NCBI GenBank assembly: GCA_964247055.1
Contig: OZ176050.1
Span: 1,984,001 to 2,048,000 of the forward strand
Source: Paragordius varius
Taxonomy: Eukaryota > Animalia > Nematomorpha
Length of the DNA: 64,000 nt
Direction of reading: 5' to 3'
In this document: positions 36,479-49,136 of the stretch, one piece after another
How the letters are laid out: each line of letters opens with the position of its first letter
Numbering within the stretch: position 1 is the stretch's first letter
Position numbers and translations under genes: made by a program
Notes under the pieces: generated by a model
The model's database searches: none
Seen by the model: only the letters and a program-made list of their open reading frames with translations
What the model was told of the DNA's origin: nothing

Positions 36479-39400
36479 TCATGGAACGTTTCTTAATAAA
36501 GTTTTGATTTTTATACCAAAATCCACAGATTTATCACTTGACTGAAGTCTTAGATTGCATTTGGTCATTTCGCTTGCCTTAAAGCAACTGTCCAATTTTC
36601 TGGTTATATATTCGTATATATCACAAACACTACACTTGCTAAAATGCCAGGCCTTACTTATGAAAGCGCGTTGGCTACAAATAATTAAATATTAGAATAA
36701 GGATTAGGTTTGGGTACGGACGTTTATGAATCCATTTATAACCGTGACTGTGACCGCTTATATATGTTTACCACGTCATATAATATAAAAGCTTTTATAA
36801 ATTAAATTTAAAAAATATATACATTCAAAAAAACAATACCAATTATTTACAGTTGAGACACACATGGTGACTTAAAATCATGCCATTATTACAACCGCCA
36901 TTTAAACCATCTATTGAGAATTTAATTCTTTCACCCAAATGTCTAGCTCAATGCTTATTAGATAGACATATAATATCAATCAACGTTGTCTAAACCTATT
37001 GGGAAACAAGAACTTAAACATATATTGTATAAAAATAATTTTTAACGAATAACTAAATGAAAGTATATTTTTAATTGTTATAATATTTATTTTTTACTAT
37101 AGAATCTTACATGATATATCGTTAATGACGTTTATAATTTTATTGTATGACATTGCAAAAACATAACCAAAAATTATATAGAGTATGAGTAAAAAGTACT
37201 TAATTGAGAACATGAGATAGTTTCCATGACTCAATTTTGTTTCACAACATTCATCCATGCAATCGTGACCATAAACAGTATCGTCGTGATAAGCACCAAA
37301 TGTGTGACCTATTTCATGAGCCAAAACAAGGATTGAATCGTCTAAACGCTGTCTAACCACAAACAAACGGTAAAGACAAAAATTTTATACATGTTAAAGG
37401 AATGTACCTGAAATCTTAAAAGTAAATTTGGTTATATAAATGTCTTTTTATTTTACATCGCTTAAGCTAAACATCTTATATAAGAAATTTTGATATAGAT
37501 GCATATATAAATCCTATATTAGGTTTATATGATAAAATTATTTGCTAAATATTAAATTTTTAAAAAATGTAAAAAATATTTTTTTGTAGTTTAGGTTATA
37601 TTAAAAACATCTCGGCATTTTACCTTTAAAAAACAGCCCGTTGCTTAAAATTTGTTGGGGAGAGCTTACTTCTGAAATTTCAATTATATATAAATAATGT
37701 TTTGCTTTTTTTATAATTTATAATAAAATTAAATGATATTTTTTGAGAAGCATAATGTGCGCATCTGCGATTTGATACGGAGTAATTAGCAAGAGTGTAA
37801 TCACCTTTCTCAAATCCATGACCCTAATCCAAAAGCACCATCATAATCCTGATACTTGTATCAGAATAAATATATATCATTATGTAACTTGCTGTGCCTG
37901 CTAGTCTGCAATATCATTGGTAAAAATATATGTTTGGACTAAAAAAAAGAAGATTTAATCGTTGGATTTTTATATTTGAAGGCGTAAACATAGAATGCGC
38001 TAATTATTTCCTAATTTAAAAAAGCTTATGGCTAAATTTATTGTCTCATACGCGACCGCCTGCAACGTTATTTTTATATGGTAGATTATGGATAAAGTGA
38101 CTCTCTAACGATGTGATAATTTAAAGAGTTCTTGACTATTGATTCTCAATGCATTTTAAAATAATTTGGAGAAAAAATCTTTAATTAATAATCAAATCTT
38201 ATCCCAAATTTAAAATCCATGTATTAAAAAATGGGGAAAAAATTAATATGTAATGAAGTTGAGTCCAGGCTAACAAGCTCGAAATTAGTATACGATTAGT
38301 ACTGATGAGAGATGTTCACATATCATCTGCGTTTTCCTTAATTATTATTTTCGTTTATTTTCATTTAAAATTAATTTTAAATATGATATAGATATTCGTA
38401 ATATCTTATTGATGTATTTGAAAAATTATACTAATTAGTTTATTCTCTATGTTTGTTTTCAATATGATCCTATGAATAAAACTAATTGCGATTAGATACG
38501 TGATTATATTTAACATTAATTTAATGGCCTATATAGTAACACTAGTCTTAAAAGATTTAAGATATGGATTAAAATCAAAAATTGGTATTTTTTGTTACAA
38601 ATTTCACAAAGATGGTATTAAAAATCGGTACCTTTTGTTACCGCTTTTAACGGTTATAGCAGCAATGGCATCTGAGGCACAAGCAGTAGTTCGAAAAGCC
38701 ACTCCCAAAATGTCTGAAACAGTATCAACCGAATTAAGGTCTGCATACGTTAAAACGACATTTACACAGATTGGTTTTTTAGGGCTAAATTGTGTTTATA
38801 ATGAAAAACAAACCGAATGTCACTCATTATATTTGTAATTAAATCAACATAGGCATGCAGGTATCTGGTCAAATTTTTCTTGTACATAGCATCATTGACA
38901 GATCCGTGGTATTTATGGGTATCTGTAGTCAAAAAAATGAGTTCTGCTATTGTGAAACCAAGTTGATCCGAAATCGAAGGAAAGACAGTTTGGGAGAATA
39001 TATGATCTACACCGGATATCAAAATAGCGGCTTCCCTCAACAACCCAACATATATATCTTCATCGGTTTTAAGACGCTGAAACATATCTTGGTATAATAA
39101 CGGATCAATAAACATTCGTACTTGACAGGTTCGTTTTATAGACTTTTCGTGGGATTCCGCATGACTTTTAAAATTTTTTATATTGTTTTCCGACAAAAAT
39201 GGACATCTAAATTTGTGACCGAAGGTGTCGTATCGCGTTTTAGAGAAAAGTGTTGAGGGTACCACTACATCCTTAACGTCTGCATATGTAGATTCTCGAG
39301 CTACCCTACTCAAAAAACAAATAATGTATTTATTGATAATTTAAATAAATCTCTAACTAAATCTAATACATAATTGGTTAAGAAAGGTTAAATATAACCC

Positions 39401-42400
39401 CATTTAAACGCGATTATTTAGACTTAATTTATAAACTTTTGTTTAAATTAAGGGCCTCCACATTACATTATGAACTGTAATAGAGTTAATATTGTCTAAA
39501 ATTGTTATTGGCCCCTGAAATTCCAACTATAAACAATCCAATAAAAAAATTAAAAATCATACCAGCTTTTATACATCAATTACATTGTATTCAATTTTAA
39601 AAAGACTCTGCATCATATCAATAAGAAATTAATAATATATTACTTTGGTCGGCACATTCCATTAAAAATTTAAATATTTGTAAATTACATTATTTTTATG
39701 ACATAAAATATACCGAAAAACTGATTCTATTAACAATTTATTAGGTTAAAAAAATATTTGTAACAATGTTACAATTTTTTTAATTAATTTAAAAATAATA
39801 AAGAAAACAAAAGTATGCATATATAACAATTCAAAGAAAATTATTATTAATAAAATATACTAATTTATAAAATAAATTTATATGGTGAATAATAATTAAA
39901 AAATTAGCAAAATGTAATTGGCAGATTCTTGCTGAGAGGCGCTCACTTTGTTACAAACAATATACCACCGTGTTTTCAACATCTTCAAAGAAATATTTAA
40001 TAATAAAATTTATTTTCTTGTATAAAAGAAGGTAGATAATCATTTTATTAAAAAATGTTTAAAAAAAAATTAAATTATATATATAATAACTCAAAGAAAT
40101 TATTATTATAAAACATGAATTTATATTTATAATAAAATAATTGATATCGCACATTGTTCAAAAATATTAATTTGTTAAAGATGAAAAAAATCAAAAATAA
40201 ATATTAAAATATTAATATTTTTTTTATAATTGAATAAACCGAAACTGTGAAAAGTTTGTTATACATTTTAGTATAAATTGCAATTCATTTGCACTTTATC
40301 AATTATAAATTTTAATTATATACTTAATTTTTTATGATCGTTTTGGTGTATAAGGATTCAAAAAATAAAATATTTAATTTCACAATATATTTTTACATTT
40401 AAATATTTTTTATTTAATATGATGGATTGGACCACTATTGCAACTTCCATTCCAACAACATGTCAAAATAGATTGCCTAACCTCATACCAAGCCAAAAAA
40501 TATCTGACAATCTCTTTGAATGGCTAATGAATTATTCATCAAATGTTTATTATGCATTTCTACTCAGCTCCTCCTCCATCAACCCTAATAATTTGGGAGA
40601 TGTCAGTCCTAATAAGATTGATAGTATTGTGACCAAAGATAAAGTAACATTGCCAAAACCACCATTTTCCTACATAGCCATGATTGTTATGGCACTTAAG
40701 CAGGCACCCGAAAATCAATTGACACTCAACCAAATTTACCATTTTATTATGGATCGGTTTCCCTATTACCGAGTTTGTCGCCACAAGGGCTGGCAAAATT
40801 CGATTCGGCACAACTTGAGCCTTAATCCGTGTTTCATCAAGGTTAAACGATGTAAAAATGATACGTTTAAAGAAATGGAAAAACGCACCCAAGACCCCAG
40901 GAGATGTGGAGGCAATAAGGGAAGTTATTGGAAGTTGGCTCATGATTGTGAAGACATGTTTGAAAATAATGATTACCGAAGACGGAAACGCAAAAGCAAA
41001 AGGGACAAAAAATGGAAGCATTCCGATGATAACAAACACCCCAAACACCCAAGCAATGATGAATCTCCTCAACCAATGATTAATGCTACTCATCCCGATA
41101 TAAATTCAACCTTAACATTTTCCATATCTACTCTATTACAATAATAATATTGATATGATTTTTTATATACTCTCTTTTTACTATTGTAGAGATTATTTAT
41201 TTGTTTTAATAAATAAATTGCAATATAAAATTTAAATTTCATTTGTGATTATTGATGATAAAAAAATTTTAACAAATAATATTTTTTAAGATATTGTATT
41301 GGTCGATATATACCCTTTAAGGATCTATATCTTATATTTTAAACATGAGAATTGTAAAAAAATACCAAGACAATATAACTACTATTTATTTTACCAATGT
41401 TAGTAGCTGAAATTTGGCATTTTTAGAAAATTCGCTTAAAAAAAATCAATTGCTAAGATTTAAAAAGCATATTTTTGCAAATTTCGCGGACTAAAAGACA
41501 TCAAAAATGTCCCAACTTTAATTAATAATATTCATCTTTACCGTAAATTCTATCTGTAAAAATTTAATGAAAAAACTGCTGGAAACTCTTTTAAACATAC
41601 TGTATGACAATACACTTTTAATAAAAAACATAAAAACACTCAAAACGTTTTGCCTAAAACATTTCTCTAAATCTGTAAAATTATTATATACATATCATGG
41701 TAAAATAAAACAGAAAAAAACACTGATCTAAATCGACAAAAAGCAGTTTTACATAAGCTAATAATTCCGATTGCACATACAAAAGGCTTTAGTGTCAATC
41801 TCTAAAAATACTAACGGTTTAAACATGTTTTTAAATGTATGAATTCCTTTTTCCAGCTTTAATAGCCATTAAAAATATGCAGTTAAATTCAATGTGTTAA
41901 GGTTAACGTAATCAGACTTTAAGCGAACCATTTCCACTCTTGCATCTTAAAAAATTAAGGGCAAATTATACTAGTATTATTAGTGAATAACATAAAATTG
42001 TTCACAAAATTAGCCTGATATCTAAAACTTTAATAAATCCAAAAATAAACTTAAAAATAAGTTTGAATTAAAAACATGCATGAATAAAAAGTATCTAACC
42101 TTAGTTTTATAATTTTTGAAGTGCCATTATTTTTCATGACAGTTCCATTGTATTGAACAGAAAAAATTTTGTGATTACCAATTGCAACTCCTTCAAAGGA
42201 GTTTGTATCATCAAAATATCCAAAAACTTGGTAAGGATTTTTTGTGCTTTTGTGCGGTTCACTTTTTACCCGACCCTCCAACAATTGCAAAATATCTTGA
42301 ATATCTATATCATAAACTGGCTCCAATTTCGGACCATCTAGCCAGGCAAATAGGCGTAAATCATTGCTAATTACATGGGAACACGAAAAAAATTCGATTT

Positions 42401-42584
42401 CTGCCGTTTCCGTCTTTGAAAACTCAATTACAAATGTCGTGTTTTGGGGAAGATTGCGTTTAACCCGTAGTCGTCTCGATTGTGAATCTACAAATCGACC
42501 TGAGTTTTCATACATATATGATGAGATCACAGTATAGGGTAGAATTACAATTATAAAACAAATGCTTTTCATATCCAAGTCCAT
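36479..42584 (-). CDS. ADAM10/kuzbanian-like zinc metalloprotease (signal + prodomain + catalytic domain only), 5 exons
   Basis: Exons 42584(or 42572)-42100, 39305-38814, 38784-38632, 37352-37200, 36674-36479 join in phase. Hydrophobic N-terminus [22 protein letters not shown]-like prodomain (LEGRVKSEP...FEGVA), [29 protein letters not shown] zinc motif, GNYLMF Met-turn, HFSKCS...DSCF, then stop. Confidence 0.78.
40419..41144 (+). CDS. FOXL1: Intronless forkhead transcription factor, FoxL1-like
   Basis: Forkhead domain [14 protein letters not shown]...IMDRFPYY...[19 protein letters not shown]...KGSYW...[25 protein letters not shown] and DMFEN..YRRRKRK best fit FoxL1 from memory; FoxL2/FoxC not excluded. 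C-terminal FSISTLL is eh1-like. Confidence 0.85.
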   Translation: MMDWTTIATSIPTTCQNRLPNLIPSQKISDNLFEWLMNYSSNVYYAFLLSSSSINPNNLGDVSPNKIDSIVTKDKVTLPKPPFSYIAMIVMALKQAPENQLTLNQIYHFIMDRFPYYRVCRHKGWQNSIRHNLSLNPCFIKVKRCKNDTFKEMEKRTQDPRRCGGNKGSYWKLAHDCEDMFENNDYRRRKRKSKRDKKWKHSDDNKHPKHPSNDESPQPMINATHPDINSTLTFSISTLLQ

Positions 42585-44225
42585 CGGTATTACCAAGTTT
42601 TAGAACACACACGTTTTAATTGTATCAGTGGCTATTGTTACTTATATCAGCGTATTCAAATTGCATTTTTTATTATGGGCCGAAATCGTAGCATTTATGA
42701 AAATTAAAAAATATTAATACGAAGGAATTAAAAAACTTCATAAAAGTTTTATTACCACGATTGCTGAGTGCCAAACAAATGCTTGAGTTCTTCTATATAA
42801 ACGATAATTTCAAAAATACATTTTTCTATTAACTTCGTATTAACATCTACTCCTAATTGAAATTATTTGAATTTCGGAAGTATTTATTTTTAGTTTAAAA
42901 TTAAACAATATAATTATAATTTATCCTATTCTTTAATATCATACCGCCAATCACAAAATGTTACTGCCAAAATCATGATGCATTTTAACTTAAAAGAAAC
43001 ATTCTAATTCGACATTAAAGAGTGCAGATTTTTTTTATAAATCCAAGGAATAGGGAATTATTAATTATCAATCTTGTATTCATTAAAACCCGATAAAAAT
43101 AAATGTTTAATCAGAAAATTACTTGTGTGCTAAACACTTTTGACATTAACCTAATTACCAATAAAACGTTTCCCACTTTATTTAAAATATTTTAAGGGTT
43201 AAAAATCAGGTTAAAAATAAATTTACATCTCCTATATATGATTATAATGATAATATCATTACAAAATTGAAATACTATAAAATGCTACAACACATTTTCT
43301 GATTTTAGACAAAAGGGTAAAAACCGCATCAATTAAATTTCATTTATCGCCATCCATGTTTGACAAGTAATATCATAATATTTTAACAATGATTAGAATT
43401 ATAACTAAACTTAATTTTATGTAATAATGACATTTTGAACTAATTTGCTTGCGGAAAGTGTATATTTTTAAAACGCGTTTTATGCTTTTCTCTTCGATTT
43501 TAAGTAGAAAATAATTTTAATTGACTCCTGATATGGCGGTTTTATAGTCAAAAACCAAGATTAAAAATTAATGGCAGCCCCAATTTTCGATCCAAAAACT
43601 TCTAAAAACAAAGGAATTTTTTAATTGTATATAGAATTTAAATTTATTGAATTAATATTAAAAGTCATATATTGGTTTATATTTTAATAACATAAAGGTT
43701 TGAAAATTAAATTACCGTTTTTTTAATTACTTACGAACCAAAGTTTAGTTTTTCAGATCTAATCATTAATTTTCAAACATTTTTGATAAAAATATAATTG
43801 TTTAATAAAAATCATTTTTTATTTAGAATAATTCTGATAAATTGTAACAAATAAAAGACTATACTTAATTGTGGTCCTTTTTTGGACCTAATATGGCAAT
43901 AGCATAACTTTTATATAGTTTACATTTGGAGATTGGATTAATCGCATTTTTAAACCGTTTAAAAATCTAACAAAGGTTCCAAAAAAATTTTCGTTGATTT
44001 AATCAGAATATTAACCTTTTTTTTAATATTTTTTATTTCTATATGAGGGTATATTTTTACATTAATATTTGTATAAGAATATTTGGAGAAAATTTTGTAG
44101 GGGAATGGTGTGTTTTTTGAAAAAATCATGGAAAACTTAATAAAATTCGGGACCAAAAATTCCTGGTTATATTTTTTATAATATTTCGAGGCCTAAGTTT
44201 TACAAAATAATACATTTATTACATG

Positions 44226-45135
44226 TTAATCTTCTCTCAAGATTATGTGTAAAAAATTATCGGGGTGACTAAATGACTGCGCAAGCCATAAAAGTGAAGT
44301 TTGCAAAGGTATTTCAATGCCATGACACAAAACTCGTCTAAAGGTATTTGTCTCATCCTTGCTTTCATAGTTAATATTGTGCATTTTAAAGTTACAAAAT
44401 TTTAAAAGATCGGCTAATACAGATTCACGGTATTCTGATGATTCTTCGGTTGAATTTATTTTTTGATAGAAAGGGAAAAGACGTTGAATCATACAATTTT
44501 TCTATAGTTATGAAATGTAATTACTGTATGAATTCTAAATGGAATGTTAAAAAAGGAAAAATCTTTCTCAGATAGCAAAACGTAATATTGTTTGTTATGG
44601 TCCCAAAAATCTTCAAAATTATCTAATTTATTGATAATTATACTTTGACAAAATGAATTCCATATTTCGTCGGAATCGCTTTGATTTAAGCTTGAACTAA
44701 CCATACATTTAGTTTTCAGATAATCAGATTCTTTTCTGGCAGAGAAAAAATTAGCTCTGAGGCTCTCTTGATTGTAACTAAAAATAACTGATGGAAAATT
44801 CTAAAATAAATAACTAACTAACATCAAAATGAACGTTTAGGCAAAAAGGAGCATTGGACGTCTTATAAAGATCGTAATGAGTTCCTAATGGGTAATTCCT
44901 ATATATTATTAATAAAATACCATTTTAATGGTATTCCATTAAAGTCCACCCAAATATTCTCGAAATTCAAGTCGTTTGGTTTCAACATGCCCAACAACAT
45001 AGGGATGTAAATATTTCTAGGCACAATAAAGTATCTTGATTGTTTATTATGCAGAGGATCCCCATCTTTAATCTTTAAAACTATTGGTATTTTGCCATCC
45101 CACACCTCCTTTCTTAAGTATTCGGTTTCTTCCAT
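44226..45135 (-). CDS. ATG5: Autophagy protein 5, 5 exons
   Basis: VWDGKIP, PLKWNYPLG, IPFRIH, HGIEIPLQTSLLWLAQSFSHPDNFLHI match ATG5. Exons 45135-44921, 44898-44823, 44800-44644, 44622-44525, 44501-44226; introns of 22, 22, 21 and 23 nt. Confidence 0.92.
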
Positions 45136-45232
45136 TCATAATAAAATTGTCATGCGATGTGCAATACATTCATTCTAAAAACTGTTTGAACATCACCTGA
45201 TACAGTAAAGATCGATTATTCTCCAAATAGCA
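45136..45232. promoter_or_regulatory. Putative bidirectional promoter shared by ATG5 and PNPLA2
   Basis: Only 97 bp between two divergent start codons; contains E-box TCACCTGA (45193-45200). Function is inferred from geometry. Confidence 0.6.
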
Positions 45233-48200
45233 ATGGACTGGTCATTTTCTGGCTGCGGTTTCTTAGGTGTATACCATGTTGGAGTTGCCAGTTGCTTAAA
45301 AGAATATGCCCCTCATTTAGTAAACCGAATATATGGGGCATCTGGGGGGGCTTTAGCTGGTTGCTGTTTAATATGTGATTGCTGTTTAGGTAATTTTATC
45401 TTAATATTATTTTACAGGTGAAGCTATCTGTAACTTGTTAACAATTGTAGCTAAAGCAAGGTCCCGTAGTCTGGGTCCCTTACATCCAAGCTTTAATATA
45501 ACAAAAATTTTAAGGAATGGCCTAAATTCCGTATTACCTCCAAACGCTCATCAAATTGCATCAGGTCGACTTTTTGTCTCGTTGACACGAGTATCAGACT
45601 CAAAAAATGTTATCGTCTCTCAATTCGACACAAAAGAGGATTTAATACAAGTATTTTTTGGCTTTTAATTGTCTAGGTCCTTATATGCAGTTCATTTATT
45701 CCAATGTACTGTGGAATAATTCCTCCGACCTATAAAGGAACGGTAAATTTTTACTTGAATTTTTTTGGATTTTATGCGCGTTTTAATTAACATTGACACA
45801 CCTCCAACTGCAACATAATTAAAAAACATATTTTTCTTGTTTTTGTTTACATAACCATACTCTCATTAATGTTTTATAAAATATGTTAAATTCCATTCAT
45901 ATTTTGATTTATGATAATTTTTATTTGCTTAACAAAATAGTAATTATTCAAGTATTTCAAGATTAATATATTTGTTTAATTTATATACTTTAATGTATCC
46001 ACATCCACCTTTAAGTTTATTATCCTTTATTGATTGTCTTTGTGTCTATTAAAACACAAGTGTCCACAATCGAAATTAAATGATAACAAAAATATAAAAT
46101 GATAGGGAAACAGTAAGGTGTTTTGTCGTTAAAAAATGATAATATCTATCAGGTTATTATAGATTATCGTTGTAAAATTTTCTGTTTTTAAATAAAAACA
46201 CTATTAATACATAAAAATTACGAAGTGGACCCCCCCCCACATAATGATCTCTATTAAAATATTAATGGTTCAATATCCGCTACATGCCCCTCTCTTGATA
46301 TTAAATAAATTAATTTATTTTCAATTAATATTTATTTTTTCTAATCTAATTCTATTTGACAACAAATGATAATATAATTAAATTTTAATTGTTCCAGTTC
46401 ATTTTTAGCGCTTTATTCCATAAGTTAAAGTTTATTAGCTCCGAAAATTGCATGGTATCAAAATGAGCTACTCACTGTTTAGGCGCTTTATCTAGAAAGA
46501 ATATCTTTTATGAGAGCGGACTTTACAAGGGGTCCAATTAAATTTTTACAAACGATTTTAATATGTATAGAGGTACCTTGATGGCGGCATTTCTGATAAC
46601 CAACCAATCTTTGACGAAAACACAATAACTATTTCGCCCTTTTCCGGCGAAACCGACATCTGTCCTACCGACCATTCTAATAGCTTTTTAAGCTTTGAAA
46701 TTACCAACACAAACGTCCAAATAAATACCAAGTAAACGTTTTTTTCGTTTTGCTCAACTGTCCAAATAAAATACAGTAAAAAGTTAAATTAAAAATAACT
46801 AATAAGAAAAAGTTAAAAGCTAATTTGTTATGGGAAAACAATATTGAATTTCAATATTTTCTATAAAATTTAAATTAGAATCACACAAACTGCCACTTGT
46901 TTATATCTCTAATCTTTACTTTGCAACTCAAACCGATAGGTTATTTTGGAAGGCACATAAATGGTTTACTACAATAAAAAAAAATTTTCTTTATGGTTTC
47001 CTCTTTATAATTTTCCTTTGTGATATAATTTTTTAGCAATATTCATCGACTTTTATGTGCCTTGTTTCCCCCATCGGCCGAAACTTTGAGCGATATGTGT
47101 AAACAAGGGTTTGAGGACACCCTCAGGTTTTTGCAGCGGAAAAGTTTGATTGCTTGTACACGATGCATGAGCCTTAAAACCGATATGAAAATGGTTGGGG
47201 CAGGTGAGGAGAATGGAGCAGATGGTCGCAAATCGTCTCTCAGCACTTCAAGTGTTGTAAAAATGAGAAGGTCCCCTATTTCGCCTCACCATCGATCTTC
47301 GCTCAGAAAAAGTTTGATTAATAACAGCATACAAATAAATACCGCCGTTGCTGAACCAAATTTACCCATCAAAATTAATTATACAGAGGAGCTGTCGTCC
47401 TCTACAAATCAAGCATCAGCAAATAATATTCACGCTAAAAGACACGCAAACGGTAAATGCAGTCAATGTCGAAATCCGCTCTGTCTCATGACGGGTGAAA
47501 TATTGAAAACGGCATGTCATGAGAAAATTTCCGAAACATTAAAGTTGGAAGAAACTATTAAAGAAACTACTCTTCCGAGTAAAACTGCAAAACTTAAATC
47601 TGACTATTTCGAAGATTTTGAAAAGTATCGCAAATTACCGCCCGTAATCTCGGAAGCATTTAAAGCCGCTTGCAAAAAAATGGATCACGGTTTCATTAGT
47701 TTTTTGTTGCGGTTACCACCCCTTAAATTGTTTGCATATTATGTATACATTTGTCTCTTTCCAATAGACCTCTTTTTACACATCTCCTTGAGGTAAATTT
47801 TTATTTAATATAATACCGAAAAATTATAGTTGTTTAAAAGTTTTTTGAACTTAGATTTCTAGATTGGATTCCATATTTACCAGGTGATTTAGCTTGGATA
47901 TTTAGCCATTTTGTCCCTTTACTCCGGCTATTTTTGCGAAAAATGTGTGATCATAAATCTAAACGAGCAAGGTAAAATTTTTTCTATTCCTTTACATTTA
48001 CATCTTACTTTTCTTCCTCCTGTGGATATGTTGTTACACCATCCCTTTTGACCTAATAATATGGTTAATTATCGATTTTTTAAGAAAATCTTTTGTTGGT
48101 CTAGCTTATAGTCATCTATACATCTCTCAAGGACAATATAAACATTTAAAAATTAAAATAAAGTAAGTATAAGAAAATTAGATTTAATGTTCATGTATTA

Positions 48201-49136
48201 TTATAGAGGCAATTAATCATATTACGCTTATTTAATTATGTAAATATATATGTTGGTAGTTTAACGTGTCAAATCGCTGTTTCACAAGAACAATATTACG
48301 AGGATTATAAACAAGCGCTGTTACTTGATCATCCAGATGACAATATGTGTCAGAAAAAGCAGCAAACTCGTCCTCCAACTCTCCTCGAGGTCAGAAGGCA
48401 CAAAAACAAAGTTTCCGCCGCCGCACCAGCTTTGCACCGACGTGCCTCTTGGTATGGGAATCGTCTCGTCAAAAGCGAGTCTACCATCCCCTCTTACAAA
48501 AACTTGAGGAATGGCGCAGTCCTTAAAAACAAATGCAGTAATATGCATCAAGATAAAAACGGGTCAGCACATTTCCTCCCTCAACTAATGAAGCAAACTC
48601 AAGATGAAACCTTGGTGTTACATCATTATCCTTCAGATCCTGATTTTGTTCGGACCACGGATAGCCTTGTTTGTAACAACAAGAGAACTACTACTAATTT
48701 ATCCACCATGGAACTGGAATCATTGACCTTGTCACCCCCAAGAAATGTCAGAGAAGAGTCACCCAATGATGAAAACTCTCAAGCCGATGGAATGATGGAA
48801 GGGAGTAAACTAACGCGACAAATTACTTCACGAAGCATTCTATCCTTGAATGACCAAGACGCCGTAATGTCTTATTACTACATTGATGAAAAGGATGGAA
48901 AAGTTAAAATGACTGAAATTTATGACATCTCAAGTCCTAATGCAGTGGTGGCCGATCAGCGTCCTCAATCGGGAGATTGTAATCATTCACCAAAATGTGC
49001 CATCAATTTTAACGATCATTGGCACACATTTGAGGCTAAATCTCTCACTAATTCAGAGAGTAAAGGCATGTCACATTTTCAATACCCAGAAGGCAATTGG
49101 CATAATCAACAAACAAGTCCACACTTTTTTGAATAA
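45233..49136 (+). CDS. PNPLA2: Patatin-like triglyceride lipase ATGL/brummer (PNPLA2), 7 exons
   Basis: [24 protein letters not shown] nucleophile motif, [15 protein letters not shown]-like segment, [28 protein letters not shown]. Exons 45233-45389, 45418-45650, 45677-45742, 46571-46731, 47037-47792, 47855-47971, 48260-49136. Confidence 0.92.

Noticed and set aside
40560-41093. 177-aa minus-strand ORF overlapping the Fox gene
   Set aside because: Antisense shadow of the forkhead CDS; no recognisable motifs. The same applies to the short ORFs antisense to SLK, SMC2 and PNPLA2 exons.
44697-44706. 10-nt GT...AG candidate intron in ATG5 (GTATGGTTAG)
   Set aside because: Read-through (KTKCMVSSSLN) keeps frame and matches ATG5 spacing; removal would frameshift.
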